Part shown: in pieces, positions 56,078 to 64,000 of the stretch
Position numbering within the stretch: the stretch's first letter is position 1
Layout of the letters: every line of letters starts with the position of its first letter
Virus record (IMG/VR): IMGVR_UViG_642918906_000001
Location: 252,675 to 316,674 of that record
Strand: one strand, 5' to 3'
DNA length: 64,000 bases
Origin: a virus
Taxonomy: Duplodnaviria; Caudoviricetes
The notes under the pieces: model-generated
Databases searched by the model: none
Told to the model about the DNA's origin: nothing
Seen by the model: only the letters and a program-made list of their open reading frames with translations
Position numbers and translations under genes: made by a program

Positions 56078-57238
56078 TTACAAATCGAAATCAAATTTGT
56101 CTTGTTCATTGGACGTATTGATAACGTTCACCATGTAAGAGTTCAAATCGACCTCTTGAGCTGCCGATTGGTTTGCCCCAAGATCGAGGTATTCTACCAT
56201 GTATGGCAGTGGGTTCTTATCAGGGAACTCTAATTCAAAGCCGGTGGTGGCCAAGAACTCTGCACGCATCTCGTCAGTGATACCGTCTTTATGACCAGTG
56301 AAGGTGCCGGCAGCATTGCAGTTGAACAGTACCCATTGAACCATCTTCTTCAGGGTGACGCCCGGTAGTTCACGACCTTCAGAGAACAGGTAGATCAACC
56401 AGTTCACTTCGGACATCAGGATTTCCCAGAACAACTTAATGCATTCTGCTTTCGTGTCTTCGTATGCAATCAACCCACGCTCTGTTTTGAGCAGTGCTTT
56501 AATCACTTCCTGACCGAACTGTGCATGGATCTCGTATTCGTCTTGAGCGATCTTCTGGACACCCATAACGATCGGTTGGAACATACCCAGCTTACCCAAA
56601 GCAAACGTTACAGCAAAGGATGCCATGAACTGAATACGCTCAAGGTAGTACAGAGCCATGAAGAACTTAAAGATCTTGTTGTAGAGAGCTTGATCGTTGG
56701 GGATCGTACGGCAAGCATAGGCGTGAGAAGCATCATGTGCTTCACCCATGATCTTAGCCACAGTTACCAGACGTTGCTGTGCTTCTTCTACACGCAGGAT
56801 CTCCTCCAGAATAACCTGTGGATCTTTGAAAGAGTTACGAACGATCTCAGAGTAAGTCAGGGCATGAAGGTTTTCGTTATCGTTAATACGGACATAGCCT
56901 GCCCATACACGTGAGTCAGTCAGTACTGGACCCAGAATGTTGACGATAGCGCGAGATGCCGTAGCGTCAGCTTCCCATTGCCATGCTAGGGTCTTGATCA
57001 TCATGTCGTAGAACTGTTTATCGCAGGTCTCGAATTCGTGCAAGCAGTCGCCGTATGGGAATTCGTTTTCATCCCAGTCCATACTACGCAGACGCTTATA
57101 AAGATCAAACAGAGCTGGGTGGTGGTTGTGGATCGAGTCAAACAAGCCCGGCTCTTGACCCAGAATAATTTCAGGGGAATTGTAATCAGTCTTGGTGTTG
57201 TTGAAGATCTTGATTGGAAGGTCTACTTTCTTGGACAT
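56078..57238 (-). CDS. nrdB: Ribonucleotide reductase class Ia beta subunit
   Basis: Di-iron ligands EAD, ENLH, LERIQF, DEYEIH and radical Tyr (HALTYS). Confidence 0.95.
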   Translation of the reverse strand: MSKKVDLPIKIFNNTKTDYNSPEIILGQEPGLFDSIHNHHPALFDLYKRLRSMDWDENEFPYGDCLHEFETCDKQFYDMMIKTLAWQWEADATASRAIVNILGPVLTDSRVWAGYVRINDNENLHALTYSEIVRNSFKDPQVILEEILRVEEAQQRLVTVAKIMGEAHDASHAYACRTIPNDQALYNKIFKFFMALYYLERIQFMASFAVTFALGKLGMFQPIVMGVQKIAQDEYEIHAQFGQEVIKALLKTERGLIAYEDTKAECIKLFWEILMSEVNWLIYLFSEGRELPGVTLKKMVQWVLFNCNAAGTFTGHKDGITDEMRAEFLATTGFELEFPDKNPLPYMVEYLDLGANQSAAQEVDLNSYMVNVINTSNEQDKFDFDL

Positions 57239-57663
57239 TATACTGCGCTCTTAGTTTTGAAGAATTCGTTTTCGTAGTAGTCTTTCATTGTTACTTGTTC
57301 AGTCCAGTTACCTACTGGAGCTAGGACGACACCGAAGTACTGGTACTGACCTTCCAGTAATTCAATCTCGTTCACTGATTCATACGTCCATTGTTCTGCA
57401 AGCAGATGTGATTGGGCATTAGGAATGGCTTTGAGGACCTCAAAGATATTGTGGCCGTCGGTTTTAATCACGTAATGAGGGTAGGGATCGAAACGTCCAG
57501 TTTTTTCTCGATTAGGATCGATTAGTTGGATTTCAAATTCATGGGACTGATCCAGTTTAACGTATCCAAATTCGGTATACAGTGCTACCACAACGCGGTC
57601 GCCATGTTCATTAAGCCATCGCTGAACGTTGTCATCACCTTTAACTAGTTTAATTGTAGCCAT
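57238..57663 (-). CDS. Hypothetical protein coupled to nrdB
   Basis: AAGGA RBS; TAATG overlap. Confidence 0.75.
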   Translation of the reverse strand: MATIKLVKGDDNVQRWLNEHGDRVVVALYTEFGYVKLDQSHEFEIQLIDPNREKTGRFDPYPHYVIKTDGHNIFEVLKAIPNAQSHLLAEQWTYESVNEIELLEGQYQYFGVVLAPVGNWTEQVTMKDYYENEFFKTKSAV

Positions 57664-57717
57664 TGTAGAATCCTTGAAATTGATTTGTCTGTATTAGATA
57701 CAGCTTGTAAGTAAATT

Positions 57718-57745
57718 ATTGAAAGTCATTTAAAGCCTATATTAC
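57718..57745 (+). promoter_or_regulatory. phiKZ-type early promoter
   Basis: ATTGAAAGTCATTTAAAGCC-TATATTAC. Confidence 0.75.
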
Positions 57746-57848
57746 TACTGGGTAATACCGTTAGTACTATTTGTCACATCCTAGCTATGTGATGGTCTAA
57801 ACTTACAGAGGACTCATTATGATCCATAATACAGCTTGAGGTTACAAT

Positions 57849-58181
57849 ATGTTTGCAAGACTTCGCGCCACAGGTAAGGCGGTTATTCCGACAGCGTCGA
57901 TGAATCACGACATAAAGTGCATAGTGAACGGAGCAGCAACTCCGTTCACTATGGCTAACGACGAGGTTCATTGCTTTGGACTATTCGACTCGCGTGATCG
58001 ATTAGTGGGGTACTTCGGAAATCAAGGATTAGTCCCTGAAATACGAGATGCCACTTATATCGATGGGTTTATGGAACCGATGGTAACAGATGCGCCGGAA
58101 GGTTGCTATGTTAAATCGGTATCCAGATTTTACAAATCAGTAGACCCTAAGATCTACTATAAGGTACGCACTTTACATTAA
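57849..58181 (+). CDS. Hypothetical early protein
   Basis: GAGGT RBS. Confidence 0.75.
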   Translation: MFARLRATGKAVIPTASMNHDIKCIVNGAATPFTMANDEVHCFGLFDSRDRLVGYFGNQGLVPEIRDATYIDGFMEPMVTDAPEGCYVKSVSRFYKSVDPKIYYKVRTLH

Positions 58182-58241
58182 GGTGTAGTAAAACCGTAGT
58201 GCACTGTTAGCGCAGTGCATTACACTACATATCATTGCAAT

Positions 58242-58655
58242 ATGAGTAATTCTTTTATGACCGAAATTAAACAGTTGGATCTCAGTATCCTTAAACGCGA
58301 GCAGTTCGAGAACAAGCGTAGTTACGATAACGCGGTGTGGTATCTCGAACATTTGAACGACCTCGTGATGCTCCACAACTCAGGATACATTCTGTTCTAT
58401 AAAGACCGTATCTTCATTCCTGAATTGAAGGTTAGCTATTACGCTGTCGATGATGCCCCATTTGATGGCGAAGATGGTGAATTCGAAAAGACCGGTGAGG
58501 TTAGATTTATCGGTTTCGGTCCAGCTGGGTTGATCGGTATTACTCGCTGCCTTAAGAAAGGACGTATCTACGTTTCCAAGCGCGAAGCTAAGGAATACCT
58601 CAAGGCTATCCAAGTTGTTCATAAACCCGACTTCCATAACTTTCTGGATCTGTAA
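58242..58655 (+). CDS. Hypothetical protein, tandem paralog 1
   Basis: N.G.I.F....PE...G.I...K pattern shared with next ORF. Confidence 0.75.
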   Translation: MSNSFMTEIKQLDLSILKREQFENKRSYDNAVWYLEHLNDLVMLHNSGYILFYKDRIFIPELKVSYYAVDDAPFDGEDGEFEKTGEVRFIGFGPAGLIGITRCLKKGRIYVSKREAKEYLKAIQVVHKPDFHNFLDL

Positions 58656-58658
58656 ATC

Positions 58659-59024
58659 ATGGCTAAGCTGAAACTACTTAATACCAAAGACATCACCGCT
58701 GAAATGTTCGACAGTGAACGTAGCTTTATGGCGGGTATGTTCGCGATCAATGTCTGCAACAAAATCATTGAGCGCGCGAATGCTGGTAACATCGTATTCC
58801 ATTTCGAACAACTGGTGAAACCGGAATTCGAACTCCGCTGGGAAGGTGATAAGTTCCTAGGTCTTTACCTGAAGGACTTTGAAAATGCTTGGGTTCAAAT
58901 TGTTGGTGATCACACTAACGATGGTAAAATTGTCTGTCGTAAGTATGACATTCGTGACTTCTTTAAGTTGTGGCGTGTGGCAGAAATTAAAAACGTTTAC
59001 AAAGTATCTGACCTGACTCGATAA
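58659..59024 (+). CDS. Hypothetical protein, tandem paralog 2
   Basis: NAGNIVFHFEQLVKPE...GKIVCRK. Confidence 0.75.
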   Translation: MAKLKLLNTKDITAEMFDSERSFMAGMFAINVCNKIIERANAGNIVFHFEQLVKPEFELRWEGDKFLGLYLKDFENAWVQIVGDHTNDGKIVCRKYDIRDFFKLWRVAEIKNVYKVSDLTR

Positions 59025-59036
59025 GGAACCACTGCT

Positions 59037-59453
59037 ATGACTATCACCTCTGTCTCGGAGAGTGCAGGACTACGAGAGCGTTTTATTGAAGATGCAAAAA
59101 TGGTATATAAGAACCGCAATTTAGATTTCTCTCAAAGCAAACACCCTGGCCAAGAAGGTCGTTTCCTTGATAAGAAGGTCCACCACATGTGGCTGGGTTA
59201 TGAACTCATACACACTGCTGGCCAATGGCGGGATAAGGAAGATGTGCCATCATCTATCCTCGGTCACTACATTGTTGGTAACCACACTGGTCCGGGGCTT
59301 AAGCTTGTGACTGGCTATAGACCTTTCGTTCACCGGAACAAGCGCCTTGCATGTATGGAAGCTGACCGGTTAGCCAAAGAGCACGGTAACTCATTCGCCG
59401 TATTTCGCTGTATCAAAACTTTCTCACCTGGCCAAGGAACTAAAGATGAATGA
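59037..59453 (+). CDS. Hypothetical protein
   Basis: TAAGGA RBS; P..H....A..EA.RLA module. Confidence 0.8.
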   Translation: MTITSVSESAGLRERFIEDAKMVYKNRNLDFSQSKHPGQEGRFLDKKVHHMWLGYELIHTAGQWRDKEDVPSSILGHYIVGNHTGPGLKLVTGYRPFVHRNKRLACMEADRLAKEHGNSFAVFRCIKTFSPGQGTKDE

Positions 59454-59904
59454 CAATCTGATCATTACGGTAACCTCTAACGCGGAAGGTCTTGCGAAAT
59501 TTGCTGGTCGACGTGAACTGCCACCGAATGTCGATTTTGATGGAGACAAGTCAATCGATGATTTGGCAGAAGACTTTTCCCGTGGCGTATTGAAAGACAT
59601 CATGGATCGAGTCAAGTCGGGTGAATTGGATAACTCCACTCCAATCAGTTTACCTCAAGCCATGCGTGATCGTTTGATCGCAAGCTTTGAACGTACGGCT
59701 AAACAGTTCTGCCCGATCTTCTCGTACAGTGTTGACTCCGATGGTCAGATCTGGTTAGACTGGCCACGCTGCAATGGTGACGAACATGCAATGCGTTCTC
59801 CCATGGAGGACGTAGCTGTTAATAAAGCCTTGCATCGTCTCGCTACCCGTAGTAACATTCGTGCTATCCATGTGACCAAACCGTTCGTGGATATCTTCGA
59901 ATAG
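59446..59904 (+). CDS. Hypothetical protein
   Basis: AAGGA RBS. Confidence 0.75.
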   Translation: MNDNLIITVTSNAEGLAKFAGRRELPPNVDFDGDKSIDDLAEDFSRGVLKDIMDRVKSGELDNSTPISLPQAMRDRLIASFERTAKQFCPIFSYSVDSDGQIWLDWPRCNGDEHAMRSPMEDVAVNKALHRLATRSNIRAIHVTKPFVDIFE

Positions 59905-59913
59905 CCTCAGCGT

Positions 59914-59956
59914 TATTAGAAGCCTTTTAAACGCTATATTACAATAGTGAATTAAA
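59914..59956 (+). promoter_or_regulatory. phiKZ-type early promoter, 43-bp repeat of 17222-17264
   Basis: TATTAGAAGCCTTTTAAACGC-TATATTAC-AATAGTGAATTAAA. Confidence 0.85.
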
Positions 59957-59977
59957 CATTCTACTAGGAGCACTGTA

Positions 59978-60274
59978 ATGAAGCTCAATAAAGGTCTCAC
60001 AACCTTTCTGGATCTTGTTGACGCCGTTCGTAAACTGGACACCGCCAACGCACTGCATTGTTACACGCCGGCCTCGGTAAAGTTCTGTGTGGCCATCACG
60101 GGTCTCGCTCCACATACCCTGAAAGAAGTTAGCATTTACTTGGACAATGATCCATCTACATGTAAACTCTATTTTGTAGAGAAATACACTGGTGCCACCG
60201 GTAACACCTTTGACGTAACGTATGAGCCGATCGATATCACTGCACAACGCATCATTGATTTCATCACTGCTTAA
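59978..60274 (+). CDS. Early protein, probable paralog of 17287..17598
   Basis: AGGAG RBS; FLDLVDAVRKLD...AQRII. Confidence 0.8.
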   Translation: MKLNKGLTTFLDLVDAVRKLDTANALHCYTPASVKFCVAITGLAPHTLKEVSIYLDNDPSTCKLYFVEKYTGATGNTFDVTYEPIDITAQRIIDFITA

Positions 60275-60301
60275 TAAACTTTATCCATAAGGAAATATAC
60301 C

Positions 60302-60796
60302 ATGACTCAAGCTACCCCAATCACTCTGGCTCAATTCGGCGAACTGAACGTACGTATGGCCGCTCTGGTCGGCGCCAAGACCCAGGCTATCTTCGGTACT
60401 CCTGAAGAGCGCACTCACATGACCAACCTCACTCTGGCTGGCATCGACAGCTGCAATGAGATGATCGAGCTGATCAAAGCTGGTCTGACCTACGAGAGCT
60501 GGAAAACTTACCTGGACGGCAAGAATACTCTGGACGGTATCCTGGGTAGTTTCGAAAACGAAGACGGCGACATGGCTAAACTGTGCCAAGACTACCGTGA
60601 CGCCGATCTCAGTGAAGTATACAAAGACGCTATGGCGTCCGGTCAGTTCACCGTGGAAGCACTGGAAGCCAACAAGCAAGCTCTGGAACAGCGACTGGAG
60701 TGGGTCAAGAGTCTGTGGAAGGACGAAGACGAAACTGCTGTAGCTGAAGCCAATCTGGCTGATGTTGCAAAAGCCATCGACCTCGACGCTCAGTAA
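60302..60796 (+). CDS. Acidic helical early protein
   Basis: TAAGGA RBS; host-like codon usage; terminator 60806-60830 follows. Confidence 0.85.
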   Translation: MTQATPITLAQFGELNVRMAALVGAKTQAIFGTPEERTHMTNLTLAGIDSCNEMIELIKAGLTYESWKTYLDGKNTLDGILGSFENEDGDMAKLCQDYRDADLSEVYKDAMASGQFTVEALEANKQALEQRLEWVKSLWKDEDETAVAEANLADVAKAIDLDAQ

Positions 60797-60841
60797 CCTT
60801 ACGGCATAAAGCCCCTCCGCAAGGAGGGGCACTATGTTTAT

Positions 60842-61027
60842 TTATTTTTTGTATTCGGGTATTTCAGAATCAGTGAAGTGCGCCTCAATAGCAGCACCTA
60901 ACCAATCTCGATGATCGTCACCACCATGTTGAATTTTATCAAACAGCGTAGTAGTTAGATGTAATACCCTTTTGATCTCAGGGTCATCGGTACGAGTAAT
61001 CAACTCATCTATTTTCTCTTGGATCAT
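60842..61027 (-). CDS. Small hypothetical protein after nrdA
   Basis: GAGG RBS before MIQEK. Confidence 0.65.
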   Translation of the reverse strand: MIQEKIDELITRTDDPEIKRVLHLTTTLFDKIQHGGDDHRDWLGAAIEAHFTDSEIPEYKK

Positions 61028-61034
61028 ACGCGCC

Positions 61035-63329
61035 TCACAGAGTGCAACCATCAGCCGAACACATGGCGGCATTACCCGAGTTATCAATCGCGGATTCCAT
61101 AGCTTCCAGAGACAGGTTAGCTGTGGTTTCAGTATTGAAGTAGTAACGGGTCTTCATACCCATCTTAACCATGTAGAAATAGTCCTTCAACAGTTCGTTG
61201 GAGTCGATCTCTTCAGTACCTACGATCCGACGATAGAAATCAGCGGAGATACCTTGGTCAGTAAACTTCTGGAAGATCGCATAGCAATCAATCAGATCTT
61301 TAGTTGGGATGTCCCATGCGAACTGATACTTAACTGATGGATCATCACCATACGGAGCAGCCCAGTACAGATGGTTATTCTGATCGTTCTTAGACAGAGT
61401 CAGGCGACGTACTGGATAGATCGAGTTAGCACCACCCAGTGCTTTCGAGCTGGATTCACCCGGCATGTAAGCAATCAGCACCGAGTGAGCAATACCACCG
61501 TTAGCTACAACTTCGGCACGGAGCTTCTCCCAGTTATAAGTGTAGTCGAAGCTACTGCCTTTTGGATCGATAATGTTATCAACTGCACGCTGATAAGTAT
61601 CGATTGGCAACCAACCCGCTGGCCACTTGGTCTTATGAATCCATGGAGCCAGACCACGTTCTTTAGAGATCGCAATCGATGCTTTGATCATGAAGTACAT
61701 GTGACGTTCAGCAATCCAGTGGATCTCACGCTTACCAGCATTGGAGGTGTAGTCCAGGCCGTTCTTAGCCAGGTGAGTAGCCAAGCCCATCATACCAACG
61801 CCAGCACTCATACGTTGCTTAGCAGTGAATTCCAAGTGTGGAATCACGTAGGTGGAATTCAGGATGCAGTAGTCAATCATCTTCAGAGCGTAGTAGCATA
61901 CTTTCTCGTACTCTTTATCGTTCTCGATGTTTTCAACCGATACAGCAGCCAGAGAACAAGTAGCGATTTCACCACGACCATGGTCTTCACGAGATACCAG
62001 GTCTTCCATTTCGTAGTAAGGACTGGTAGGCTCAGCGATTTCCATGCACAGGTTGGAACTGTGGATTGGATCAAGGAAAGGAGTGTGTCGGTTCATCTCA
62101 TCGATTTGACCAACATATGCCACGCCGGTTTCTTGGGCTTCTTTCAATGAACGGCGCAGGATATCACGAGCGGACATCCAATGTTTGGTGAAGGATTCAT
62201 CTTTCTCGTATTTCTCATACAGACGAATGAACTCTTCGATGTCTTTACCATAGAACGCTTCATGTAGGTCAGGAGCGGTATAAGGGTTGAATGCAAAGAT
62301 CTGTTCGTTACTTGCAGCTTTCTTAGCGAAGAACCGGTTGGTCAACATTGCAAAGTGCATGTCACGGTTACGACGGTCAGGAGTAGACAGTGGGTTACGC
62401 AGACCTTGGATCATTTCAACTTCTTGGTCGAAAGATTCAAAGAAGCAAGTTACAGCGCCACCCCGACCAGCTTGTACGTTAGCAACGATCGATTTACCCA
62501 TCGCATCGTAATACTTCTTCTTACCATGGTGAGCAAACAAACCACCACGAACAGCATCGCCTACGGCACGAGTCATGATGTTAACACCGATGCCAGCAGA
62601 CATCTGTGTCATTTTGTCGCCGATGTAATTCCCCAGAGCCAACGAAGTACCATTATCACCAACAGCAAATAGGCAGCAACTAGCAAAGCCCCGATGACTA
62701 GTACCGAGGTTAATGTAATTAGGAGTAGGCGCAGAAAGCTTCTTGTAAGCGAACAGCTCGTAGAAATCACGGACGACTTGAAGACGGGTAGCTTTTGGCT
62801 CATTCTCAGCCAGAGCCATTGCCATACGAATGTAAGTGAATTGAGGAGACTCATATTCAGCTCCGGTTACACGGTTACCCAGAGCGTATTTCTTACGGAT
62901 CTGGTGCAGTGCAAAATGTGGTTGTTCAAAATCGAGGTCATGTTTGATGAACTTCTCGATCTTCAGATAATCTTGGGTATTGTACTTCAGCTTAACCATC
63001 AGACCGTCTTTCTGCATGCGTGTGTGCAATGCTTTAACAGTCGGGATGCCATCAGTACCATACAGGTGTTTATGAATCCATACAGCGTACAGACGACCAG
63101 CAAACAGGTAATGTGACCAAGTACGGTGACTCAGGGTGTTCTCGATCAACGCCATCTGGAAAGCTTGAGAGCTTACGGTTTCAGGTAGCGTTTGAATGGT
63201 TTCCATAACGATGGAAGACCAATCTACTTTATCCTTGAGGTTCTCAGTACCCCACTCACACCAGCGGTTGGCTTTCGCTGCGTTGAATGGTTCTTGAGTT
63301 CCGTCGAGTTTGATAATGTTCTTGATCAT
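61035..63329 (-). CDS. nrdA: Ribonucleotide reductase class Ia alpha subunit
   Basis: ATP-cone-like IKLDG..EPF, PTP, ASCCL, SNLCMEI, TCSL, MPGESSS, KTRYY, C-terminal CxxxxC. Confidence 0.97.
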   Translation of the reverse strand: MIKNIIKLDGTQEPFNAAKANRWCEWGTENLKDKVDWSSIVMETIQTLPETVSSQAFQMALIENTLSHRTWSHYLFAGRLYAVWIHKHLYGTDGIPTVKALHTRMQKDGLMVKLKYNTQDYLKIEKFIKHDLDFEQPHFALHQIRKKYALGNRVTGAEYESPQFTYIRMAMALAENEPKATRLQVVRDFYELFAYKKLSAPTPNYINLGTSHRGFASCCLFAVGDNGTSLALGNYIGDKMTQMSAGIGVNIMTRAVGDAVRGGLFAHHGKKKYYDAMGKSIVANVQAGRGGAVTCFFESFDQEVEMIQGLRNPLSTPDRRNRDMHFAMLTNRFFAKKAASNEQIFAFNPYTAPDLHEAFYGKDIEEFIRLYEKYEKDESFTKHWMSARDILRRSLKEAQETGVAYVGQIDEMNRHTPFLDPIHSSNLCMEIAEPTSPYYEMEDLVSREDHGRGEIATCSLAAVSVENIENDKEYEKVCYYALKMIDYCILNSTYVIPHLEFTAKQRMSAGVGMMGLATHLAKNGLDYTSNAGKREIHWIAERHMYFMIKASIAISKERGLAPWIHKTKWPAGWLPIDTYQRAVDNIIDPKGSSFDYTYNWEKLRAEVVANGGIAHSVLIAYMPGESSSKALGGANSIYPVRRLTLSKNDQNNHLYWAAPYGDDPSVKYQFAWDIPTKDLIDCYAIFQKFTDQGISADFYRRIVGTEEIDSNELLKDYFYMVKMGMKTRYYFNTETTANLSLEAMESAIDNSGNAAMCSADGCTL

Positions 63330-63446
63330 TCGGGTATTTCCAGTCTAGTGTTTGGTGTTGGTTGTGAAATAGATTCTAACATAGAGTTTACCGTTGAGTA
63401 AAATTAAAATCTGGTCTAGGGTACCGCATAAGGTTAACTCAATTTG

Positions 63447-63466
63447 TTTGAGATTTATATTACTAA
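63447..63466 (+). promoter_or_regulatory. phiKZ-type early promoter
   Basis: TTTGAGATT-TATATTAC-TAA. Confidence 0.8.
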
Positions 63467-63484
63467 TATGAATCAATCCTAACT

Positions 63485-64000
63485 ATGGCGGAACCTAAGA
63501 TGGAAAACACATTGTTCAATAAACTCACTGAAAGCATGCAGTCGTTCAATACATCCCCACTCTTCGATATCCCCACTGGTAAATACTTGGAAGGGGGTGA
63601 TCTACTCAAAGGGTTGGCAGGTCATGCCGTATTGCACAAGGGCGGCCCTAGTATACAGTTAATTACTAAGCTCTGGGCTTTGGTGGAAGAGTATGAACCC
63701 AACACTGTATCGCGTTACACGGCGGCGTATCACCTGTTACGTGTAATGGGTTATGACGTACGATGGGAAGACACCACTAAGTGCCCTGATGTGTTCTGGA
63801 TCAATACTGAAGGAAATGGTGAAGACGAAGCTAAAATGATCCACGACATCCTTCATCGGGATTACAAGCTTGAGCCTAAGGCTGACCTCCCTGAGGGTCT
63901 TAGTGGGGCTGAGTTATACGAATGGTTCAAAGGAATCAATAACAAAGAACCTGTGCTCATTATCGATTCTATTTCACAAGAATCTACCCCTCAGTCCTAA
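63485..64000 (+). CDS. Early protein carrying RecA/UvsX-like fragments
   Basis: PLFDIPTGKYL..G...GL at the N-terminus and VLIIDSISQ at the C-terminus; stop TAA at 63998-64000. Confidence 0.6.
   Translation: MAEPKMENTLFNKLTESMQSFNTSPLFDIPTGKYLEGGDLLKGLAGHAVLHKGGPSIQLITKLWALVEEYEPNTVSRYTAAYHLLRVMGYDVRWEDTTKCPDVFWINTEGNGEDEAKMIHDILHRDYKLEPKADLPEGLSGAELYEWFKGINNKEPVLIIDSISQESTPQS

Noticed and set aside
56078-57238. Metal-free or Mn/Fe variant RNR beta
   Set aside because: All canonical class Ia ligands and the radical Tyr are present
1-64000. CRISPR array, integrase, IS or retron/DGR reverse transcriptase
   Set aside because: No regularly spaced direct repeats and no recombinase, transposase or RT motifs in any listed ORF

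Overview
This is a 64-kb segment of a phiKZ-like (Chimalliviridae-type) jumbo phage, most likely infecting Pseudomonas. The assignment is an inference from gene content, TATATTAC early promoters, S/A/G-x-E prohead-protease motifs and a phiKZ-type tail-protein family; no database search was run. Recognisable genes are an SspB-like protein, ThyA, a DRB0094/Rnl2-type RNA ligase, two tandem GNATs, an ART-fold protein, an RlmN-like radical SAM enzyme, six tail/virion paralogs, an internal head polyprotein, NrdB, NrdA and tRNA-Leu(TAA). The rest is about 100 small accessory ORFs, several in paralog arrays. The strongest unexplained signal is a set of non-coding RNAs. (1) A ~470-nt multi-hairpin RNA at 34.4-34.85 kb sits behind a promoter almost identical to that of the tRNA-Leu locus. 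(2) A 92-nt tRNA-like RNA with G3-U70 and an expanded anticodon arm is followed by a peptide ORF and a second folded RNA. (3) An RlmN homolog lacks the resolving cysteine. Secondary themes are six acidic paralogs around two GNATs and several degenerate P-loop proteins that could be decoys. Function calls rest on motif recognition by eye, and several start codons were moved from the ORF track to the ATG with a ribosome-binding site.
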